Shown here: positions 48,521 through 55,604 of the stretch, one piece after another
How the letters are laid out: each line of letters begins with the position of its first letter
How positions within the stretch are numbered: the stretch's first letter is position 1
Virus record (IMG/VR): IMGVR_UViG_3300025875_000016
Coordinates: 2,634-66,633 of that record
Strand: one strand, 5' to 3'
Length of the DNA stretch: 64,000 bases
Source: a virus
Lineage: Duplodnaviria; Caudoviricetes
The notes under the pieces: model-generated
Database searches by the model: none
What the model was told of the DNA's origin: nothing
Seen by the model: only the letters and a program-made list of their open reading frames with translations
Translations under genes and position numbers: made by a program

Positions 48521-49198
48521 TTAACGCCGAAGAGCACGATCGAGGATGTCTCCAAGAGTTTGTCCTTCGTCACCGAAGTTGTCTCGATAGTAGTCCTTCA
48601 TGGTATATCCCTGAACCTCATGCCTAAGTACCACATCATGAGGAATCGTGAGAACATCTTCAAGACGAGGCTTGAGCTTGAGAGTGTTCAGCTCTTTCTC
48701 CGCAGCGATGAGCTTGTCATACTCATACTGGGAGATGGTCACGCTGGGAGCGTGGTAGCTGTAGTCGTAGTCGTAAGGATCGGAATCGTAGTAGTCGTCG
48801 TAACCATCCTCATACGAATAGTCCTTGAAGAACTCCCGCTCTTCGTCTTCTAGGCTCTTTTCGTATTCAGCCATTTCGGCATCATACCAGAGCTTGAAGT
48901 CCTCTTCGGAGAGGTTCTCCTCAGCAGCTTGAGCCATGGAGATATCGTCACGCAGGCATTCCTGCATATGACGAATGGAAGCCTGACGCTTACGCTTGAC
49001 GGTTAGCTTCTTGATGAACTTGCGACCGTCTCCGGGTTGATGACCTTGGATTCCCCATCCAGCGTGTCCACCAGCGCGATCGCGGTTCTTATGGTCGATT
49101 TCCACATTCTCATAATGGGAGAATGTATAATAGCTGGAGGGATTACGACGCATCATGAAGTCAGAGAACTCACGGACGATGGTAAGACGCTTCTGCAT
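48521..49198 (-). CDS. Hypothetical protein with Tyr/Asp-rich tract
   Basis: 225 aa; GGAG RBS. Confidence 0.7.
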   Translation of the reverse strand: MQKRLTIVREFSDFMMRRNPSSYYTFSHYENVEIDHKNRDRAGGHAGWGIQGHQPGDGRKFIKKLTVKRKRQASIRHMQECLRDDISMAQAAEENLSEEDFKLWYDAEMAEYEKSLEDEEREFFKDYSYEDGYDDYYDSDPYDYDYSYHAPSVTISQYEYDKLIAAEKELNTLKLKPRLEDVLTIPHDVVLRHEVQGYTMKDYYRDNFGDEGQTLGDILDRALRR

Positions 49199-49225
49199 TT
49201 GCGACTCCTATTAGTCTTGATTGGC

Positions 49226-49501
49226 TTACGCCGGGAAAGGTCTCTGGGTAGCACGACGCTCTAGTTCGTCGTTCAGCTCTTTGAGCTTTCTAGGATTGTT
49301 ATCCTTACGCTCTAGGAACCTGATCGTATTGGTCAGGTGGTAATAACTCATCTCTTGGAGCTTCCACACCTTTCCGTTGTGGTCCATCCAGAGGCCCTTG
49401 GGTATCTTCTTGGGTCTCGGAGGCTTGGCTGTCTCAGATACATACTGGTCCCAAGAGAGGTCCATGTACTGGTTGATGATGTCGTCAGCTATCTCGCCCA
49501 T
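49226..49501 (-). CDS. Hypothetical protein, 91 aa
   Basis: Start reassigned to MGEIADD (TGATG coupling with the upstream micro-ORF). Confidence 0.6.
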   Translation of the reverse strand: MGEIADDIINQYMDLSWDQYVSETAKPPRPKKIPKGLWMDHNGKVWKLQEMSYYHLTNTIRFLERKDNNPRKLKELNDELERRATQRPFPA

Positions 49502-49638
49502 CAGAGAATGGCCTCGCACCTGTAGATGATGCCCGGTTGTTGGGTCATAAGTTCCAACTTTGTATGGCACTCACCATGGTTGAAACCACCATCAATGATG
49601 AAGCCGAAGCCATTCATGATGACTACGATGACATACAT
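49501..49638 (-). CDS. Hypothetical protein, 45 aa (not in ORF track)
   Basis: GGAGG RBS; MYVIVVIMNGFGFIIDGGFNHGECHTKLELMTQQPGIIYRCEAIL. Confidence 0.5.
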   Translation of the reverse strand: MYVIVVIMNGFGFIIDGGFNHGECHTKLELMTQQPGIIYRCEAIL

Positions 49639-49794
49639 TTTCGCCTCCTATGGCATAGGTGTGGTTTAGCGGTTGGGGCTATCTTTTTGAACTTTAGGAT
49701 TTAGGTGCCCAACTTTAGGTCCAACTCTAGAGTTGACCATCGTATCCAATTTTTTACCCCTCCAGCTTGCGCCAGAGGGGTAAAGTAGGTGTGC

Positions 49795-50205
49795 TTACGC
49801 CACCTTCAGGCCAGCGGCAGCGAGGGCTGCCATCAGCGGGTTCTCGTCGGCGCTCGGCTCGCTCTGGGCGGTGTTGCGACGGTAGACCTGGATTTCCAGA
49901 CCTTCGATCAACTCGCCTTCGCCAGCCTCAAGCCCGGTGCCGACTTCCTGAAGGAACTTCAGGATGGCGTTCTTCACCGCGACTTGGTTCGCCCAAGCCT
50001 TGCTGTTGCCCCGGACGGGCATGGGCTCGGTCGTGTCCAGCGGGATGCCCACCGGCAGGGAGATGAACGTCGGCTTCATCGTGCCGTCGGGCTGCTCCAC
50101 GGGGAGCGTCTTGCCGATGTTGACCCACACTTGGGCCTGCGGGCGCTCGTCGCGGTCGGACGAACGGTTGGAACGCTGGGTTTCCTTGGAACCGAAAACG
50201 GCCAT
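49795..50205 (-). CDS. N4 gp2-like ssDNA-binding activator of RNAP II
   Basis: PQAQVWVNIG...FISLPVGIPLD pattern; early-region position. Confidence 0.75.
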   Translation of the reverse strand: MAVFGSKETQRSNRSSDRDERPQAQVWVNIGKTLPVEQPDGTMKPTFISLPVGIPLDTTEPMPVRGNSKAWANQVAVKNAILKFLQEVGTGLEAGEGELIEGLEIQVYRRNTAQSEPSADENPLMAALAAAGLKVA

Positions 50206-50248
50206 GGTAGACTCCTCGGGTTAGAGCGTGGGCACAACGCCAGACGCT

Positions 50249-50267
50249 CGTCAGGCGCGTGAGCGCC
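50249..50267 (-). promoter_or_regulatory. Putative vRNAP hairpin promoter
   Basis: C-GTCA-GGCGC-GTGA-GCGCC; 44 nt from the gp2-like ATG. Confidence 0.8.
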
Positions 50268-50371
50268 CCTTGCGACAGTGGGGAAGGCGACGGACTATGA
50301 GTTAGGACGCCCAAGTGTATTGGGACGAGAGCCCCCCCAGCAGAGCTGGGAGGGACAGGAGAATCAAGGAC

Positions 50372-50776
50372 TTAGAAGTCCCGGAAGCTCATAGAGCGAG
50401 CATCCTTTTCTCCATAGAAGCACTTGTGCATCTCATGGAGCTTGACCTTGACCTTGTGCATGGCACCGTTGACGCAGCACATACCGTAGAAGCCGTAGTC
50501 ACCGGCGTTCTCACCCACGATCACGGTCCCTTTGGGGATGATCGGGAGCTGGTCTGTGTGATAGTCGTTGCCGACGTCCTCCAGCACGGTGATGTGGAGA
50601 CCCTCAATGGCACGGGATTCCGTGACGTTGAGGTAGGTTTGGAACATCGCGGGGACGATGTGACTCATGGATTCTCTCCTGACTTGGGGTGTGGGATTGG
50701 CGAGTTCGCGGGCAAGGATGGAACCAAGGGATTCAGCTTGGGCCTTGCCAAAGAGTTTATCTACGTCGATCGGCAT
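50372..50776 (-). CDS. Hypothetical early protein, 134 aa
   Basis: ORF directly after the upstream stop. Confidence 0.6.
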   Translation of the reverse strand: MPIDVDKLFGKAQAESLGSILARELANPTPQVRRESMSHIVPAMFQTYLNVTESRAIEGLHITVLEDVGNDYHTDQLPIIPKGTVIVGENAGDYGFYGMCCVNGAMHKVKVKLHEMHKCFYGEKDARSMSFRDF

Positions 50777-50779
50777 GGT

Positions 50780-50959
50780 TCAGCACTCTCTGTTGGAGAT
50801 GAGTTGATACTGGAGCTTGACTCCAGCATGAGGGATGGTGAGCTTGGCCTCTTTGGCCAGATGAGTGAGGATAAGCGTATCCTCTTGGACCTCATCTACC
50901 CTTGCCATCCCTGAGTTAGGGGACAGCAATGTAACGTAGTCTCCGGGCTTGATAGCCAT
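50780..50959 (-). CDS. Small early protein, 59 aa
   Basis: MAIKPGDY start with AGGAGG RBS. Confidence 0.65.
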   Translation of the reverse strand: MAIKPGDYVTLLSPNSGMARVDEVQEDTLILTHLAKEAKLTIPHAGVKLQYQLISNREC

Positions 50960-51000
50960 GCTATCCTCCTGAAATGAATAGGGGATACCCTTTCGGATAT

Positions 51001-51019
51001 CCCCAAAGGCGTGAGCCTT
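51001..51019 (-). promoter_or_regulatory. Putative vRNAP hairpin promoter
   Basis: C-CCCA-AAGGC-GTGA-GCCTT; 42 nt from the ATG. Confidence 0.75.
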
Positions 51020-51338
51020 ACTTGGCCTTGTTGCCCTTGCCACCCTCGGGCTTGTAGCCCTTGGTGGACTGAGGAAGGCTCCTCATCTTGGGCTTGGCCA
51101 CGGGCTGCTTGTGGGCCTTCTTGGGCTCCACGGAGATGCCAAGGTGGGCACGAGCCATATTCAGGCTCGGATGGTCGTTGACAGCACCGATGTTGGTGCC
51201 GTCGTAGTCCTTCGGCAGCGTCAGGTAGCAGTCAAGCTCACCCTTGTGGTTGGTGATCTTGGCGATCGAGAACGCCACGTCCTGCGGGCCAGCGGAGCCG
51301 ACGGTGGGAACGATGTGCGATTCGAGGATGCGGAGCAT
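51018..51338 (-). CDS. Basic early protein, 106 aa
   Basis: ORF with Lys-rich tail. Confidence 0.6.
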   Translation of the reverse strand: MLRILESHIVPTVGSAGPQDVAFSIAKITNHKGELDCYLTLPKDYDGTNIGAVNDHPSLNMARAHLGISVEPKKAHKQPVAKPKMRSLPQSTKGYKPEGGKGNKAK

Positions 51339-51412
51339 AGAGGTATCCTATCTATCTGAGGACAAAGGAAAAGAGAGAGCCCTAAGGCTCCCCCTTGTTT
51401 GGTTCAGCGGGT

Positions 51413-51571
51413 TCAGTTCTGGGTGTTGACGACGGGCGTCAGAGCCACCTTGAACTGAGTGTCGAGCCGAGCACACGCCTCATCGAACGACTCGATGTTG
51501 GAGCGGAGCAGTTGAAGCTCGGGATGAGCTTGCGGGCGACGGACGACTTGAGCGAGGGATTGCGTTTGCAT
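51413..51571 (-). CDS. Small early protein, 52 aa (not in ORF track)
   Basis: GGAGTCTAC RBS; MQTQSLAQVVRRPQAHPELQLLRSNIESFDEACARLDTQFKVALTPVVNTQN. Confidence 0.6.
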   Translation of the reverse strand: MQTQSLAQVVRRPQAHPELQLLRSNIESFDEACARLDTQFKVALTPVVNTQN

Positions 51572-51616
51572 TTGTAGACTCCGGATGCTGATGGAGTGGA
51601 GACCTAGGAACTAGGC

Positions 51617-51636
51617 CACTAGCCGCGTGAGCGGCT
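51617..51636 (-). promoter_or_regulatory. Putative vRNAP hairpin promoter
   Basis: C-ACTA-GCCGC-GTGA-GCGGC; 46 nt from the ATG. Confidence 0.8.
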
Positions 51637-51795
51637 CTTCTTCTTACGGGGTATGGCTTGGTTCAGGTATTTGTCGTTCTGGGCCAACCACTTAGCATTG
51701 TCGAGGGTATAACCCTGACGACGATAGCGGTTGATCCGCTGGCGATCTTGGAAGGACTCCAAGGCTCTAGCGATATCTCGGATGAGCTGGATCAT
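51619..51795 (-). CDS. Small basic early protein, 58 aa (not in ORF track)
   Basis: GAGG RBS; MIQLIRDIARALESFQDRQRINRYRRQGY... Confidence 0.55.
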   Translation of the reverse strand: MIQLIRDIARALESFQDRQRINRYRRQGYTLDNAKWLAQNDKYLNQAIPRKKKSRSRG

Positions 51796-51959
51796 CTTGG
51801 TTCCTCTAGGTTGACCGGTTGTATGAGAAAGGCTTGATCGCCTTTCATGATCTCCCGAATGAGCAGTATGCGAACTGCTTTTTTGCGGGCCTCTAGAACA
51901 GCCTCCAAAGACTGATAGTCAATGGAGCCGTCCTTCTTAACTACGCCCATGGGTCTCAC
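51792..51959 (-). CDS. Small early protein, 55 aa (GTG start; not in ORF track)
   Basis: GGAG RBS; ATGA overlap with the next gene. Confidence 0.5.
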   Translation of the reverse strand: MRPMGVVKKDGSIDYQSLEAVLEARKKAVRILLIREIMKGDQAFLIQPVNLEEPR

Positions 51960-51968
51960 GGGATACTC

Positions 51969-52145
51969 CTAGTGCTCGTTGTGGATGGACCTCCACGAGT
52001 AGTAGAGGATGGGAGCGAAGCCAATCACGATGAAGAGCACCGCGATAGCATACAGTCCCAGATGGGGAACTTCACCACCATTGGCGTGAGCCAAGATGAT
52101 GAAGATGAAGGCCATGAAGTGGCTGAGGGTAACTAGGAAGAACAT
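51969..52145 (-). CDS. Small two-TM membrane protein, 58 aa (not in ORF track)
   Basis: GGAG RBS; MFFLVTLSHFMAFIFIILAHANGGEVPHLGLYAIAVLFIVIGFAPILYYSWRSIHNEH. Confidence 0.55.
   Translation of the reverse strand: MFFLVTLSHFMAFIFIILAHANGGEVPHLGLYAIAVLFIVIGFAPILYYSWRSIHNEH
52076..52094 (-). promoter_or_regulatory. Putative vRNAP hairpin promoter, inside a CDS
   Basis: C-ACCA-TTGGC-GTGA-GCCAA. Confidence 0.6.
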
Positions 52146-52249
52146 TAGAATCTCCGATTCTAGTTTGAGTTGCGGGGAATAAGCTATCGGATAGGAAAGC
52201 TATCCTTAGCTCTTGGTTCCCCCAGCCCGTAGGCTGAGGGAAGATGAGT

Positions 52250-52651
52250 TTAGGACTCGGTTTCTGTTTGCTCCTGCGTATTCTTCGGAGCGTCGGGGTC
52301 GATGGGAGCGACCTTGATGCCGTTGACCGGATCGTAGGTTTCGCCGCGACGGGCGAGGTCAGCGACATAGAGTGCCATTAGGCGAGGGTTCTTGTTGAGC
52401 TGGTCTTGGAGTTCCAGCATGGAGGAGTGGTGCTCGATGTCCTTGGTAGCGTTGTGCCTGATGATGGCACGTTCTTTGTCACGCTCGATACCGAGAGTGA
52501 CCTTTGCATTCCAGGCTTCTGCCTGGTGAGCGAGGGTGTCCACGATGGAGCCGACGCCTTGGACAGAGCGTGCGGTAGTGGACGAGGTAGTGCGGACGAC
52601 GTTGAGCAGGTCAACGAGGGTGGCACGACCAGTGGTGATGACTCCAGTCAT
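52250..52651 (-). CDS. N4 gp1-like first early protein
   Basis: Start MTGVITT with GGAGTCTAC RBS; amphipathic helical sequence; first gene after the outermost hairpin promoter. Confidence 0.6.
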   Translation of the reverse strand: MTGVITTGRATLVDLLNVVRTTSSTTARSVQGVGSIVDTLAHQAEAWNAKVTLGIERDKERAIIRHNATKDIEHHSSMLELQDQLNKNPRLMALYVADLARRGETYDPVNGIKVAPIDPDAPKNTQEQTETES

Positions 52652-52697
52652 AGTGGTAGACTCCAAAGGTTGAGGTTGATGTGATGATCCACACAAC

Positions 52698-52717
52698 CAA
52701 TAGGGGCGTGAGCCCCT
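52698..52717 (-). promoter_or_regulatory. Putative vRNAP hairpin promoter (outermost, Pe1-like)
   Basis: C-AATA-GGGGC-GTGA-GCCCC; 47 nt from the ATG. Confidence 0.82.
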
Positions 52718-52836
52718 GTGTATGGGTTGATAGGGGGGGGTGGTTTGGAGTTGAGAGACTGGAGGTCTAATACAACCTCAGGAGGTACATGAGATTTTGT
52801 ACTCCCCTAAAATATATATTAGAAAATCCTATTCCC

Positions 52837-53061
52837 CTAATCATCTGGTAGTAGGGAACTTACCTTCTGCATGACCTTCGCTTGGATATGAGATGCGGGA
52901 ATCTCTCCAAGAATTGCGTCGATCAGGACTTCATTGACCATCTCCTCAGCCATACGGGCGACTACTCGGGGGGAGATACGGTCGATCTTAGAATCAGGAA
53001 TTGTAGCGTAGAACATTTCCCCAACGCGGAGAACAAGTTCATCTTTGCGAGACTGGTCCAT
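52837..53061 (-). CDS. Hypothetical protein, 74 aa
   Basis: Purine-rich RBS; helical composition. Confidence 0.55.
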   Translation of the reverse strand: MDQSRKDELVLRVGEMFYATIPDSKIDRISPRVVARMAEEMVNEVLIDAILGEIPASHIQAKVMQKVSSLLPDD

Positions 53062-53308
53062 TGATTCTCTTTCTTATTGGTTCAGGGAGTCTCTCCCCTG
53101 TGTCACGCACGGTCTTCGCACTATTGCTTGGCCCGCCCGGTAGAAAGAACCTACGGGGAATGGGGACCTCATGCTGGGAAGGTACGTTTGCCCGCTGCTT
53201 GAATAGGTTTGTGGAGTCTCAGCCCGGAGTCGATAAGCTTCTCTCCACTGTGGGTGATTGGGACATCAATGACTATAGTCCCGCCTCCGCCCACTGAGCT
53301 ATAGGATT

Positions 53309-53521
53309 CTATTCTGTAAGAGCCTTATGGAGAGCGGCTCCATCGAACTCTAGGTTCGGGGGCATACTATCCAATGAAACTCTATGGAAGTGCTGATACC
53401 CTCTTCCTTGGATCGGAATGAGGTGATCCCACTGCCAGTCACTTCCATCCGTACTCAGACCTTTGCCGGTATAGATGGAGCCGTCGGGTTGTTCTTCGAA
53501 GTAGCCATACTTCTGGGCCAT
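53309..53521 (-). CDS. Hypothetical protein, 70 aa
   Basis: TGATG coupling to the upstream ORF. Confidence 0.55.
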   Translation of the reverse strand: MAQKYGYFEEQPDGSIYTGKGLSTDGSDWQWDHLIPIQGRGYQHFHRVSLDSMPPNLEFDGAALHKALTE

Positions 53522-53736
53522 CAGAGAGGAACCGCATGTAGAGTGGAATCAAGAGGGTAAAACTTGAACCTCTTCAGCAGAGCCTCCGTCAGAAGTAAAG
53601 CCTCCTGATCCAGCTCGAAGGTATCCCAGTCCGCATGGGTCGTCTGGTTCCTCTTCTCTAAATGGTCGCGGCAAACGTTGAAGAGCTGATCTCTTGGCTG
53701 CATCTGCTGGGTCCCAACGCAAAGGGATATGGTCAT
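53521..53736 (-). CDS. Hypothetical protein, 71 aa
   Basis: Coupled to the downstream gene; competing overlapping ORF 53549-53905. Confidence 0.45.
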   Translation of the reverse strand: MTISLCVGTQQMQPRDQLFNVCRDHLEKRNQTTHADWDTFELDQEALLLTEALLKRFKFYPLDSTLHAVPL

Positions 53737-53987
53737 CCAGTAGGATGAACCACTCTATATCCTTGAGAGGTCTGACGTATTCGGGGGGAGGGGGAAGCTT
53801 GGGTTCAACTGGTTCCTCTGGGAAGAGGTCAGTGAACTTCCGTCTTAGAGGAGGATTGGATGGCTCGCCCATCCGTCTGATATAAGACAGAACTGTAGCA
53901 AGCAAAGCCCCCTGCCGGATTGGCTACCGGTGGGACGATCTTATGGCGACGAGAAACCTCGTCAAGAGTGGTTTAGAAAATAAAGAC

Positions 53988-54149
53988 TCACTGTGATATT
54001 TTTGCAACAGTGGTGGAAGAACCCTCAAGTTCTTGTTCTTCCTTACGTTCCTTGTGTGTTCTCCACATAGATTCGATGAGAGCCACCATGAAGAGACCGG
54101 CTGTATAACCGACTGCGAACATGGTGTAGTCCTGAGGCTCAGTTAGCAT
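53988..54149 (-). CDS. Small membrane protein, 53 aa
   Basis: Start MLTEPQD with AGGAG RBS; one TM segment. Confidence 0.55.
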   Translation of the reverse strand: MLTEPQDYTMFAVGYTAGLFMVALIESMWRTHKERKEEQELEGSSTTVAKISQ

Positions 54150-54302
54150 TTCAACTCCTATACCATAGTGTCGTATGACCACCTCTCACCAGAGAGTCCA
54201 CCTCCAATATGCCATGGCCATAAAGGAGGTCTCCGATTTGAACGGGTGTTGACGCTACCACGCGCTCGGTCAGCGAGGCCGAGTTGAACGGCCCTTATAG
54301 GG

Positions 54303-54383
54303 TACAGTGCAGGTCGAGCCGACTTGTCCCGATTCTTGAGGGCAGTTACTCCCTCTCACGAGTGAGCTGATAGCCCGCACTGT
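54303..54383 (-). ncRNA. Highly diverged tRNA-like cloverleaf
   Basis: 7-bp ACAGTGC/GCACTGT stem + ACC; internal hairpins GAGGG-AGTAACTG-CCCTC and GTCG-GCT-CGAC; begins right after the upstream tRNA-like element. Confidence 0.3.
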
Positions 54384-54384
54384 A

Positions 54385-54464
54385 TGGGTTTCCTAGGAGG
54401 GACTCGAACCCACTACCCCGCCCTTGTATGGTGGGCGTGCTCTAACCTTTGAGCTACTAGGAAC
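54385..54464 (-). tRNA. tRNA-like gene with aberrant 9-nt anticodon loop (Val-UAC-like; possibly a pseudogene)
   Basis: Acceptor TTCCTAG/CTAGGAA, D-arm GCTC/GAGC, anticodon stem CGCCC/GGGCG, T-loop TTCGAGT; loop ACCATACAA lacks U33. Confidence 0.65.
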
Positions 54465-54476
54465 TGTGACCCTATC

Positions 54477-54689
54477 TTACTGGAAGATAGGGGAATCAAC
54501 GACGGGATCGAGCGGACCCACTCCCTTGACGAGAAGGATCGGCTTCATATCCGCTAGACTGAGATTGATGCGCTTAAACACAGTCATTGCTTTGAAGTGA
54601 GCAAGAGCCTGAGCTTGTGCATCTTCCCGGCTTGGTGCCTCGTGCTCGAAGTCATAGCCACCGTAGTGCGTCGTATAGCAATTCATCAT
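54477..54689 (-). CDS. Hypothetical protein, 70 aa
   Basis: Start MMNCY with GAGG RBS. Confidence 0.55.
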   Translation of the reverse strand: MMNCYTTHYGGYDFEHEAPSREDAQAQALAHFKAMTVFKRINLSLADMKPILLVKGVGPLDPVVDSPIFQ

Positions 54690-54917
54690 TGATCCTCTGG
54701 ATTGGGGAGTTCTTATGGACTCCACGGTGAGAAGGTTGTGATCCCTAACGCCGGGGAAATCAAGTGGTCGTGTAGAAGCCGTGAGCTAGTAGTGGCCTAG
54801 CTGCATCGCGGCGATAATACGAGGATCGTAACCCCCCGAAGGCGGGTTCAAGATTTTTCCCTTGGTTCCAGTAGGATCAGGGTATATGTGCAGGATGTAT
54901 AACCTAAGGGCTAATCC

Positions 54918-55604
54918 ATGCTAACCATAGAAGAAGTAGAGGCAGCGATCCCCTCGAACCTAAACGTTCATGTGGATCAGGACCTTGTGGATCAGCTCAA
55001 CAACTTGAGCCAAGACCCTATCGCTGCGGCGAATATCCGGGAGCACTTCCTAGGATTCTCGATCGTATTGCGAGAGGGGAAGTTCAAGCTCGATGACTAC
55101 GTGAATGCAGTAGCCTACTCCAGCTACAAGCTGATGGGCTACTCCAATCGGGATGCTTATGATCGGGCTTTCCCCGATCGGATCAGACGTCTTAAAGCCG
55201 AAGGCAAGAACGACCAAACGATCAGTGCCTACGTCGCTGGCTACCATAAGAACAAGCTGGTCCAGAAGATTCTGGAACGGGCATATGTTCCTGTCTGGCT
55301 CGTGAACCAAGACGCTGTGCAGGATGCGATCAACGTCCAGCGAGAGATCATGAACGATAAGTTGGTCAACGCCCGTGAGCGTGTGGCTGCGGCGAACAGC
55401 CTACTAGCGAACTTGAAAGCTCCTGAGAAACGAGAGGTGTCTCTGTCGATCGGAATCGACGAGAACCGTGGTATGGCTGATATGAAGAAGGCCATTCGGG
55501 AACTGGCTCAACAACAGGTGTCTGCTATTGAAGGGGGTGCGAGAACCAAGGATATTGCACATGCTCGGATTATCGACGCCGAGGTTATCCGGGACGATGA
55601 GTAA
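54918..55604 (+). CDS. N4 gp69-like protein (candidate terminase small subunit)
   Basis: 228 aa; coupled to terL (TAATG); EGKFKLDDYVNAVAYSSYKLMG pattern. Confidence 0.7.
   Translation: MLTIEEVEAAIPSNLNVHVDQDLVDQLNNLSQDPIAAANIREHFLGFSIVLREGKFKLDDYVNAVAYSSYKLMGYSNRDAYDRAFPDRIRRLKAEGKNDQTISAYVAGYHKNKLVQKILERAYVPVWLVNQDAVQDAINVQREIMNDKLVNARERVAAANSLLANLKAPEKREVSLSIGIDENRGMADMKKAIRELAQQQVSAIEGGARTKDIAHARIIDAEVIRDDE

Noticed and set aside
53549-53905. 118-aa Pro-rich ORF
   Set aside because: Overlaps 53521-53736 by 188 nt; I cannot tell which is real, so it is not listed as a feature.
54772-54800. CC-GTGA-GCTAG near-match to the early promoter, next to an 11-nt match (CTAGGCCACTA) with 51611 in inverted orientation
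   Set aside because: No 5-bp stem and no C-N3-A spacing; the 11-nt match alone is too short to support a claim.
54870-54905. Sigma70 promoter before gp69-like (TATAAC at 54898)
   Set aside because: No recognisable -35 or extended -10 at the correct spacing.
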